Shown: positions 26,509 to 38,152 of the stretch, piece after piece
How the letters are laid out: each line of letters opens with the position of its first letter
Position numbering within the stretch: position 1 is the first letter of the stretch
Assembly (NCBI GenBank): GCA_045837725.1
Contig: JBEWZL010000282.1
Coordinates: 310,001-374,000 of the forward strand
Reading direction: 5' to 3'
Length of the DNA: 64,000 nucleotides
DNA from: Vermamoeba vermiformis
Lineage: Eukaryota
Notes under the pieces: model-generated
The model's input: the letters and a program-made list of their open reading frames with translations, nothing else
Databases searched by the model: none
What the model was told of the DNA's origin: nothing
Made by a program: the position numbers and the translations under genes

Positions 26509-28621
26509 ATGACTCGATCACTATTATTAGTAGTGGTCGCCTGTTTGTGCGTCACTTGGGTACTGGCTATCGACAAAGAACACATCTTCAAAGACGAGGA
26601 TGTGGTTCCGTTATTCGTGAACAAAGTCGGTCCTTATGCAAATCCCTCAGAATCTTATGAGTTCTATTCACTACCCTTATGTCGTCCTAAAAAAGTACAA
26701 CACGAGCATCATACATTGGGCGAGAAATTGGAAGGCGATCGAAAACAGAGCTCAGCTTATGAGATCCGCTTCAAAGGTACTACTAAAATATTGCAATAAT
26801 TATTTAGAATTATTGATAATTTGGTCCGTGATTAACCACTTTTTTAATGAAAAATGAAAAAATGCTAAAAATTTCATCTAGTCCCTGTACGAGTCCAAAC
26901 ACTCTGCCCAGCCCACTTTAACAAAGAAGATATTGCAAAGTTAAGAAATGCTGTTGCCAAGTACTATTATTACGAATTGGTTCTCGGTAAGGATTTTCCA
27001 GATTTTCGATCCAGATCTAGGCAAATCTTTGATTCATGAACGAGCGATTTTATCGCGAACTAACGAAATATCCAATTCAAAGATGACTTGCCAATCCGTG
27101 GCTTTGTTGGAGCAGTAGACAGTCGCACCAAGCCCGCAGCTGAGCGCAAGTTGTATTTGTTCACGCACACGCACTTCACTGTGTTCTACAATCAGCTTGA
27201 CAACAACAATGGTGTGGTAAGTGACGCAATAACAATGCGTGACTATAGTGATAGGGTGTACTCATCTACGCGCAGGTCATTTACGCGAACATCACGTCAG
27301 ATACGAGCAAGGTCGTGGAGCTGAAAGAGGGCACAGAGGACGTTGAAGTGACATTCACCTATTCAGTCAGCTGGGTCAGCACGGACATTGAATTCGACAA
27401 GCGAACACAGCTGCAATCAATCACTTCCAAGTCCGAGCTGGAAATTCACTGGCTCTCCATTCTCAACTCATTCGTGCTCGTGATTCTGTTGACAGGCTTC
27501 ATTGCCATCATCATCATGCGCATCTTGAAGAGCGATTACAGCCGTTATGCCCGCGATGAAGAGGAGGACAACGACGCTGAAGACTACGGCTGGAAGTTGA
27601 TTCACGGTGACGTCTTCCGCTTCCCTTCCAACAAGGTACGTGATCGATATTAATTGCTAGTAGTATATATGTACTCATCACCGCTCAGCTCTGGTTGAGC
27701 GCATTTGTTGGTGTTGGTGCGCAGTTCGTCACCATGACGGTGTTCACATTGTTCCTCGCTGTGGTTGGCATCTACTACCCTGGCAACGACGGTGCTTTGC
27801 AAGTCTCCTCGATTGTACTCTACGCACTCACGGCCGGTGTTGCTGGCTTCGTAGCGACACGTCTCTATGTCGGCATGGAGGCCGCTAGCAGTCCTAGCAC
27901 TGCTCACGCTAAGTGGACTTGGGTTGTGATGTTGACTGCTGCTATTTTTGGCTTGCCTGTGTTTGGTGTCGTCATCTTCCTCAACATCATCGCTGGTTAC
28001 TACGGTGTCACTTCAGCGCTGTCATTCACTACCATTCTCTCTGTGCTTTCAATCTGGGTGTTTGTCGGTCTGCCCCTCACTCTCATCGGTGGTGTTGCTG
28101 GCAAACGACTCGCCACACCGTTCTACACGCCAGTGCGCACTAAGAACTTCCCGCGTGAAATCCCAGCGATTCCCTGGTACCGCCAACTGCCGTATCAAAT
28201 GTTGATGGCTGGCTTCTTGCCCTTCAGTGCGATTTACATTGAACTGTTCTACATCTTCAACAGCGTGTGGGGTCGCAGTTCTTATCAACTGTTTGGCATT
28301 CTCTGCCTCGTGTTCGTCATCTTGTTGATAGTCACAGCGTGCATCACCATTGCCCTCACTTACTTCCAGCTCAGCATGGAGGATTATCGTTGGTGGTGGC
28401 ACTCGTTCCTCAACGGTGGCTCGACTGGTCTGTTCATCTACGGCTACTCGTTCTTCTACTTCAACAATCGCTCGCAAATGAGCGGCTTCTTGCAAGGCAC
28501 ATTCTATTTTGGCTACATGGCAGTCATTTGCTACTTCTTCTTCATCATGTTGGGTACTGTCGGCTGGTTCAGCTCGCTCATGTTCGTGCGTCGCATCTAC
28601 CGCAGCTTGCACACCGATTAA
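26509..28621 (+). CDS. TM9SF1: Nonaspanin / TM9SF (EMP70) family protein, TM9SF1-like
   Basis: Signal peptide, NKVGPYANPSESYEFYSLP, EIHWLSILNSF, GWKLIHGDVFRFP, AGFLPFSAIYIEL and a C-terminal HTD. Confidence 0.92.
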
Positions 28622-28740
28622 TCCTGCTAACACCTTATTTTTAATGTATACCCCGTCGTAAATACTTGTTTCATATTAAATTCACTTTGTTGGTACATAT
28701 GACACTTTATTTACAAGGGGTGGAGCAAAACTGTTCAATT

Positions 28741-30955
28741 TTACAAGGTATCTTTGCTGGGCAGACGCGGTGAGACTCGATCTTTCTGCGTGGCAATTCT
28801 GCCCATCATGCAGAAGATGCAAATGGTTGGCTGCACAATCTCATCGGAGTAGCGCACTTCACACACTTTGCACTGCGTGTAGGACTCAGTCATGCGCAGT
28901 GATTTGCAGCACAGTACTTGTGTGTCGAGCACGGGCACTTCATCTTGCAGTCCGTTCTCTTCGCACACCTTCAGCTTGGCCTCTAATTCGGGCAGATCTG
29001 GCAGTTTTTTCTTTAATAACACCTGTGATGTGTTAGTAGTGCACATACTGTATTGAACTCCACACTGCAGTACTTACGCGAATCAGTCGTGCCGCAGTCT
29101 CGTAATTGTTGCACTCCAAGTTCCACTTGATGGCCATGCGATAACACACCATGCGATGACGTGGCAGCAGCGGAATGTCAGTCAGACAGCGCGTCAGCAG
29201 TGCAATGTACTGGTGCACGGTCAGACCTGGAGGCAGGGGCGCACCACTCGCTGTGTTGTTGACGAGCAGTGAGCCAGGCAAAGAGCGAGCCCCTGCGCGG
29301 TCTTCATTGTTGCGCTCCTCTTCCAAGAGTGCCGTCAGCAGTGACTCGCTGGGTGGTCCCGAGAGCAGTTCAGTGTTGCGACGCGTGAGGGTCATGGAGG
29401 GCATGAAGGACGAGGGGCTCTCATTGGGACTCGTGTCCGTCGAGCTCGAGGGACCTTTGTTCGTGACACCCAATGTGCCCATGGAGCGCCGTGCCTCGTG
29501 TTGGGCACTCGTGTCGCGCTCTAATCGACGCTTGATCTCGCTCAATATGGTCAGCGCGAGCTTGTACGTGGCGCAGAACCGAATTTTTTTGAGATCTGGC
29601 TCTGGACTGTGCGCTGTACAATTATCAATATTAATACATTGCCTAGACATTGAGCTCGCTGAGACTCACATAGAAATGCCGTGCACTGTGTAACATCAAA
29701 GATTGCGCCTGTGTAGTCGGCGGATTCCAATTTGAATAAACACAATTTCATATGTTCAATCGGGGGTCTATATATACGAGGTGTTATAGTCGTAGGACCG
29801 TGCTTGCAGTAATTATTTCAATGGGGGTAATAATTATTTTTTCGATCTGACAGAGGTCCTCTATAGCTTATAAATGTCAAGTACTTACAGTGACAATCGA
29901 CTCTCAGAGGGTGTCTTATTTAATTTACCGCGCGCTGTAGGCTGCGGCATTGGATGTGACGCTAAAGGGAGAGTGGACATTAGTCTTGGACGTGCCATGG
30001 TGATTTCAAGTGTAATTAATTGGGTGTTGTATCATGTACTATTAATAGGACTTGTTGCTGCAATTGTGTTGATTCTCTTGCGCGAGATCGGAAACAAGAG
30101 ACAGATTTGACAGCCGAGCAACAAGTCGAGATTTTAGAGCGCATAAATAACTGGTACTTACACTCAGCGCGCATTCGAGTCGTGTAGAGACCAGTACGCG
30201 ATTGTGGCTGCAATCAGAATTAATGCGAGAATGTTAAGGCTCGATCGACTTACATGGTGGCCATTGAACTCTAATCGCAGTGGTCGGAGATTGCTGCTAT
30301 ATATAGGAACATATTGTTAGTAGTTGATGAGGTATAACAAGGTATGCGTACTCAGCTCGGGGTGGAACTGACGCTTCCGGCGGTGAAGGCGAGCTGCTAG
30401 GCGGTGATCTGCTCGTAAAAATATGAGAACAATAATATAGCAGTATATGCTATTGATATCGAATTTCTATAGTCGAATTCGACGCAGTTCAGAAATTTAA
30501 ATTATTTCGATCTCAACTGAAAAGAGCTCGCTGCCGTGTGAACGCATTGCAGTCGATCAACAGCACTGCCATTAATACGTACAGATCAAATAGCGTCGCT
30601 GATCGTTGACTGCGGCCCTTAGTCTTTTCAGGGGACCGCGTTGTATTCGCAGTCTTTGAACTCTTTTTGTGATCCATGCCTTTTTCTTCGCTCTCGTCAA
30701 TATTACTGCATAATAATAATAATGTCAATATTGGTTCGGAGCAGAATCACGGATTAATTTTTATCGGCAGCCGACAACAGCAGTTTGAAATCCAAAAACT
30801 CCCGCAGTACAGCAAAAATAGCCGTAGTAGCCGATGTCGCTAATCAGTATAAGAATAATTGTTGATATTTACCCTGCATTTAGTGACTCTGAAGAGCGTC
30901 GTTTGGCAATTTCCTTCTTAAGGTCTGATACACTAATATGTCGCTTAAGACTCAT
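28741..30955 (-). CDS. Protein with low-complexity N-terminus and C-terminal alpha-COP / TSET TTRAY2 (TWD40-2)-like tail domain
   Basis: FCATYKLALTILSEI...IPLLPRHRMVCYRMAIKWNLECNNYETA...CKVC...CIFCMMG resembles the TWD40-2/alpha-COP C-terminus from memory. No WD40 repeats upstream. Confidence 0.6.
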
Positions 30956-31136
30956 CTCGTTCGCTTGATACTTCGGAATAGGGGCTGAACGACTTGATGT
31001 GCTTAAGTGCTTTCACAACAGAATGACCGTTTGAACAAATTTTCCGAATAATTTAAAGCTTTGTGCATTTCCTTATTTGGAATTATTGTGTCATAAAACT
31101 TTATTACAGTTAGCGGTACAGTGTTATTAACAGATT

Positions 31137-34100
31137 TTAATATAACGCACAAGCTTTGGTGTGCGGTCTCGGGCCTACAATGGACAACAGCGCGGGGAAA
31201 AACATGAGTCCGTGCAGTGCGCCGAGGATGACGATGCTGAAGAACATGCGGAAATAATACACGCGGAATATCTCTGAAGAGGCAAAGGCCAGCACAACCA
31301 CACCGACAAACTTGGTGAGGGTGATGCCCTTGAAGACTGAAGCGCCCATCTTGGTGAGTGCAGCACGTGCTCGTTCAGCGCGTGTGCCGCGATTCAACAT
31401 GAAGCTGTGCGCGATGTGAACGCAGAACTCGACGGAGATACCAATGGCCATGACGAGATTGACGGTGGAGACTGCATTCAGATTGATGTCCCAGAGGTAC
31501 ATGATGCCGATCACATCGACCTCGATCATTGCGACCGTGAAGACGATGAGCAGCGACATGGTGACGTTGCCCAGCAGTGCGAGGGTGACGAGGAACACCG
31601 CCACTAGTGCAAAGATGTCAGTGCGTGATGACAAGTGACACGTGTCACAGTAGTACTTACAGCACGCGAGGCCGAGACAGAGGAATGCGACATTGACAAT
31701 GTAGAGATACTGCTCGAAGAAGATGTAGAACACGCTGTACGGGAACACGGGCAATTGGAGCTCTTGGTGCAAGGTGTCAGCGAGGTAGTACGCGTATTTG
31801 AGCGCGCCAATAAAGTCCTCTTGCGTGCGCAGGGCGGTGTGGAAGCCACGGTAACGCGTCGCAGTGAGCACAGAGACCTGCGTGTAGTTGTAGGGATCGG
31901 GCATGAGCACGTCTGCTTGGTAGGGTGAGCCGCAGAGTGCGCACGAGTCCGAGCAGTTGGACATCATAAAGTACGGCAAGTACTCGTAGAACGTCTCGGG
32001 GGCTGGACGACCGTACTGATCGAAGTCGCTGGGCTGCAAACAGTTCTCGCACACCACCCAGGGCGGGGCATTGTCGGGACATTGCGTGCCAGTGCTGGTC
32101 TTTTGACAGCAGCCGTTGTGCGACAGCCAGCTGAGATAGTTGTCGAGCCAGGGTGCGAGTGAGCCCGTGAAGTAGAAGTACTCTGGCAGCAGGGCGAGCG
32201 AGGTGAATTGATTCAGCAGCGAGTTGTCTTTGCAGCCACCTTGACCCTTGCCCAGCGCGCAGAGATTGTTCTGATTGGCGCGCAGACTGTAGTCGTAGTC
32301 CTTGATCACAAAGTACACGGGCGGACCGGCGCGACCGAGCACAGCTTGTTGATTGAAGTACGAGATGAGGTACGAGTCTTGCGGCAGTGCTTCTTGTTGC
32401 GGCAGTCCGAGCTTCACTTGAGTGGCAAAGTTGATGCTCAATATCACCAAGCCAACGAAGAAGATGATCTGCAGTGGTTAATGAATTAGCAGCTAGAACT
32501 TGCATAGTGTCGCGTCACTTACAATCACAGTCTTCACCACGCGATTGAGCACGATTGGGGCCCACACGCGACGCATCAACCAAGAGATGACGCCTGGAGC
32601 CTCTTCGTGGTGCGGGGCGTGCTTGGGCAATGCGTCGTTGCTGAGCAGACGCGAGGTGTCTTCATCGTCATCGAGCAGCGCACTCGTGTCATCGGTGTCA
32701 CCTTGCCACTTGACGCACGGCAAGCAGTCCAGTCTGTTGTCGCGCATGCGACGTGCATCGAGTGCCATCAGCGCTGCAAAGGCCGTCAACTGCAGTATGA
32801 AGTCGAAGAAGATGGCGAGTGCTGCGTACACCGAGAATGCCACCACTGCTGGCATGCGCGTGAGTACACCGAGCAAGAATGCAAATGTCTCCGAGACAGC
32901 TGCGAGGGCAATCGATGTGCCCACACGGCGGAGGGTGATCGAGAGTCGCTCTTCAACAGCGAGGCGCGGATTGAGGGACTGGAAGGTCTCCACGAGAATG
33001 AAGATGTTGTCCACGCCAATCGCGAGCACCAAGAACGGAATCACCTCCGAGATGACCAGTGTGGCGGGCAGACCAAACAGACTGCACAGTCCGACGGAGA
33101 TGCTGATGGACATCATCACCATGACAATGCCGCCGAGACCGAGCAGGAACTTGCTGTGCACGGCCACGGGACAGCGGAACTCACCGAGAGCGAGCGAGAC
33201 GTAGAGGAACATGGCCGAGTAGGAGATGATCACGGTCGGTATGTCGGTGGTGGTCTCGCGCGACAGCTCGTCGGTGATGGAGCGCTCGGTGGAGTAGACG
33301 AGATTGAGCCCGGCCTTGTCGAGGGGCTGCGCATTCAAGTACTCCATCAGCTTGATCTCCCAGGCCATGGCGGGGCCTGCGAGGGTGGGGTCTTGATAGT
33401 TGTTGAGCAGATAGGTCACAAACAGCGTGGTGGCAGCTGTGTAGTCCGTGCCATTGTAGCCTCCGAGCACCACTGGCAACTGCACGGGACTGCCAATGTC
33501 ATCGCGACACGAGGTGTCTACTGGATTGAGCTCGCAGAAGCTGATGTGCTGCATGATGGCGCTGTCGGTGAATCCCTGCAGCACGGTGAGATTGTTCTGC
33601 CAGTAGCCGAGCAGTGATTCGACTTCACAGCCCTTGCCGAGCACTGGCTTGAAGCAGAGATCGATCAGCGAGTAGTTCTTGTGCTCGTACTCCACAGTCA
33701 TGCGCGCAATGTCGTCCTGCATCTGCATCACTGCGAGCAGATGATCGCGCGTGATGATGTGGTACCGCGTGTCGTTGCTCGTGTCCCACGTGTAGTCGAA
33801 GTCCTTGGGTGTGATGATCAGCTGTTCAATGCGGTAGAACGGACCGAATTTGCTGTCAAAATAGGCCTTGTCTTGCGCGGCCACACTGTCACTCGGCACC
33901 CACAACTTGTCGGGCTGCGTGATGATCTCCAAGCGATAGATCCACACCGAGCACAGTGCCGTGAAGCCGATGGAGAGCAGCAGCACCAGCACGGGTCTGC
34001 GGCCAATGAATCGACCGTGCGCTGCAAAGGCGCGGTTGAGTTGTGCCAAGATGTTGAACTTGGAGGGCTCTGCTTCTTCGTGCAGATCGGTGCTCGAGCC

Positions 34101-35231
34101 ATTGATGGTGGCGCGGTGCGTGACACTGGACACGAGTCCGCGGTCCTCGAGACTGGGCACCAACATGTCCTCGCTGCCTGCTCGCACCAACTTGACGCGC
34201 GCGGTCGATACAAAATAGGCAATCACGAGCACTGCAATGGTGAATGCGATGAAGCCCACGAAGGTGAAGAGCGTGAGGTAGGTGACGGTGATGGTGTGCA
34301 CCTCGTGGCGCGGGATGGGCGGGGGCAGCGGACACGAGGCCTGACAGTCGTTGCACGAGCACGAGTCTGAACAGGCGCGCAGCGAGGCATTGGCCGAGAC
34401 ATTGTCGCTGTTGTAGCTCATGGCGATGGTGATGTTCGAGTACTGCTTGGAGCTGGTGCCAATGAAGTTCAAGAACTCGCTGTAGTTGGAGGCACCGAAC
34501 ACCGTCTTCATTACCGTGTTGCCTGTCAGTCCGAACTTGACGTCCTTGCACGAGTCAAACAGATCTGCTGCGAAGGATTTTTGCATGTTGTACGTGCTCA
34601 CCGAGACGTAGCTGTTCTGCTGCACGTCTTGCCAGATCTGATTGATGTCCACGAACATGGACTGATCGGGACTGCACGTGTACAAGCACCAGAACTTGAC
34701 AAAGTTGTTGTAGCAAGCAGGACACGAGGCCAATATGCCACCTGCTTTGTTGAGCTGACTCACCAAGTTGTCGGTCTGTTGTGGCGTGCAGCATGCCGCG
34801 GATGTGTATTCGAAGCACGCTGTCAAATTGAGTTGCTGGCGATCAAACGGGGTTAGTGATGCGAATAATATGCCAAGTACAATCGCGTGTGCGGTGTCGT
34901 TAGTGCGACGGTAATTATTACGAACCGTAAAATTAATAATACAGATGTAGCGTGACTCATACCTCCGTAGCTCGACCATTAAAGGGACTCGGTGCATATA
35001 ATGGATTTAATGTAGTGTCGTAAATTAGTGTTTTCATCGCGCAGTAGCCTGGCGCTTTGATAATTGTCTAAAATCGATAAAATATTTTTAATTATAATTG
35101 TAAATTAGACACTTTAAGGGTGGACATACGCTATTAGCAGCATTTGAGTAGGATGCATATGATATAAATACGATAACATATAAAATACTCCGAAGCACGG
35201 ATCCCGTGCTCCCTGTCATTGGAGAACCCAT
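31137..35231 (-). CDS. NPC1: Niemann-Pick C1 sterol transporter
   Basis: Cys-rich N-terminal domain (CPACYNNF...TCSPDQS), FGPFYRIEQLI, sterol-sensing EVIPFLVLAIGVDNIF and GISVEFCVHI. Confidence 0.96.
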
Positions 35232-35482
35232 GTTGGTGATCGAATGGGCACTGTTGTTGTTTATGTACAAAGTGATCAAACAATATTAACAGGGTTGCAA
35301 TTGTTGAACAGGCGGACAGGGAGTGAAATACAAGAAAGAGTTTTCAAATAGATTTTCCGATCCGCGAAACGGACACGTGATCGGAGAATTCTCGACTCGC
35401 CGTGAATAACACTGCCGCGGTAGTACCAGGCAGGCATAAGTCTTGGGGCTGGGCTGCGTGGCAAGGTCTGCGAGAATTCTCG

Positions 35483-37868
35483 TTACGGCAAAGCATGCAG
35501 ATCTGCAGTGGCAATGTCACCGAAGGAGCGCTCATCTGCGCCAAGTGTGAGTACGCGACAGAGACACACAGAGGGACGTACAGTTATACGCGAGGTAGTG
35601 CGAGGCAGGGCCGAGTCCCACCGCGAAGTGATAGAGTGCCGTGCCGAGCTCCAAGCCCTGCAGCGCGAGGTCGTCGAGGAAACAGCCCAGTCCTGTGGCC
35701 ATCAAGCGCAGTGCTGTCGCGTCCTGGTACAGCACTTGTCCCAGCATGCCACACTCCCAGTGCAGCTGCCGATACACCGCACTCGTCGCGCGTGTCAGTG
35801 CCGCGTGCAGGTCCGTGAACATGCACACCACAAAGCTGGCGGTCTCGGCAATCTTCTGCTGACAACTCGCGGCTTTGACGGCCTCTCTGATGCTCGCCTC
35901 GCTGTGCAGGGCAGTTAGTGACACGTGTCAAACACTGCGCGACACTCACCTCGCAGTGTGCAACAAGTGCAGCGGCAGATCAGGCTCGTCAGTCGCGCAC
36001 TCAGGTCTGCTCCACTGCGCATTGGGCGTGAGGGCGCGCAATTGTTCGAGTGCAGCGCGCGTGCGGGGCAATATGTAGTAGCCTGGCACGAGCCCTGGTG
36101 GAGGTGAGCACGTGACAGGTGTCAAAGAGTGACGTACCTTCCACGCTGTGAATGTAGAGTGCGAGGTGTATGTGACGGCCCCAGCTGTGATCTGTCGTGT
36201 GCCAGACCTGGTGATTGAGCAGATGTGCCAGCATGTAGCGGAATTGGTCCCACGTGACTGTGCCCTGGGGGAGATATTCGAGCGCTGAACGACGCGTGCG
36301 CAGTACTTCGCTGGCACTGCGCTCATCAGCCGCACTCAACACGCTGTGCTGCACGTGCGGGTACTGGTCCGTGGACTCGCGCAGCTGGGTGGTGCGTAGA
36401 GTGACACGTGTCACCTGATCAATCGCTGCAATCGAGTGCCAGTGGTGGTGCGTCCAGCTCGCACGACTAGCAGTGCCCTGGTAGATGACCTGCGACAGCA
36501 CGGACCAATCAAACTCCATCTGGTGCACCGCGTGCAAGTACTCGGGCACGTCAATCACGTGTGGTATCAGTGCCAACAACACCGCGGGTCGTTCGTGCTC
36601 CAGTGCGGCACACGGACCCAGTGTCGGTGGCCCTGCACTCGTGCTGCCTTGAGGACGCGCGTCACTCAGACCGAACAGTGCGCACAACTGCGCGTCAGTC
36701 ATCAGCGTCGCACCTGTCACACTCGTCACGGGCACCACACTCCAACCGTGCGCACGTGCCGTGAACTGCAGTGCTGCCAGCGCGTGTCCGACATCGAGCT
36801 GCACATAGCGCCAGGCTCGTTCACCGTACTTCCAGATCTCGCGCCAGTCCAGTGTGGACAGCAGCACGAGTGCAGCATTGTGCGGCCAGGTGTTGGTGGT
36901 GAACTGCTGCCACTGCTGCGCGGTGAGGTGTGCGCGGTGTTCGAGTCCGTGACACTTGACGGCGTAGTGCAGCACTTGCGCGGCACTGGCACTCAGCTCG
37001 GGGGGCAGCAGCACGTGACACTCGATGGGGTGCAGTCCTCCACTCGAGGGATTGACGCGCTTGGACCACGCACTGCGCGGTGCTGACAGTACTGCAAATG
37101 ACACGTGTCAATCGCTGGTGTGCACGGTGTAGCAGAGTACGTACTCTGATAGCTGTCCTTGCGCGCGGAACAACTCAGTGCGTGATAGAGCAGATCAGAG
37201 AGTGCGTCACGTGACCAGGGTGTGCTCTGATTGGTCGGTTGATAGCACTGCGCGTACTGCTTGTGCGCCATCGACCACGCGTGTTGGTCGCGCGAGAGGT
37301 GCTCCATGACCGCCCCGTAGTATCTGCGCGTGATGTGCGGCTGATTGGTCCAGTTGCGATTCAATGCGCGCGCTGGGCCCTGTTGCGTGTTGCTGCGAGG
37401 TGGGTCAGATATCAGCTGCCGTATGTGCAGTGACGTACCGACTCAGTGTATGATATGCGCGCACGACTTGCTTAGTGTCTTCTAGCGAGGGCAGTTCAAT
37501 CACTTCAAATTGACGGTCAATGATCTGTTCGGCAGATTCAGCATACTCGCGCTGTTTCATCAGCTGATCTTCGAGAGGTTGCAGGCCAGTAGTGATATCA
37601 CTCTTTAATAGCGCGAGTTCTTCTTCGGTTAGTTGTTCTTTTAACTTGTCTACAAAGAATGCTGCACCGAGCGTTAACAGCCCATCTCCATCCACCTGTC
37701 GAGCAATTCAAATGAATGTTCTCCAAGAAATTTGGATTGTATTAATATACTTACATCGTATTGCGCGATGATCTCTTTAACTTTCGTGCACAACTCTAAA
37801 TTAGTGAGTTTTAAAGTGTCGAGCCACGCAGCAGCATCCTCGCTTGTCCACAACTCAATGGCTGTCAT
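35483..37868 (-). CDS. SAM-like domain fused to tandem SagB/ThcOx-type nitroreductase domains
   Basis: N-terminal WTSEDAAAWL...DGDGLLTL (SAM-like), then KRVNPSSGGLHPIE, WKYGERAWRYVQLDVGH, RTRRSA and ECGMLGQVLY...GLGCFLDD...LYHFAVG. Confidence 0.82.
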
Positions 37869-38152
37869 TTTCAAGAGTGGTGTTAGTATAGTATACTGAT
37901 GGTGTAATATTGATCCTCTTGCTTACGCTTCTCTTTCAAATCTTGTTCGCGGGTTCGTTGGGGTGGATCCAACTGTTGTCTGGGTGTTTTAGGCTTTTTA
38001 GCAGTGTTGCCCATGACTACTCGTCGTGTGACACTACTCTCAGTTGATTATTACTATAACAGTGCTGGCCGGCTCCTGTTCGCGGTTTTTGCTTTCACTG
38101 AACAATTTCTTTTTTTAAAACACTTGTCATTGGTGGACACAGAACATCGATC

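Noticed and set aside
31777-34856. Long antisense and alternative-frame ORFs over NPC1 (also over TERT, strumpellin, SOD and Vps10)
   Set aside because: Shadow ORFs caused by strong C/G-ending codon bias, with no recognisable motifs.
35371-35382. CLEAR-like CACGTGA box upstream of NPC1 (also upstream of the LysM gene)
   Set aside because: CACGTG words are abundant throughout the window, so single promoter hits carry no information.
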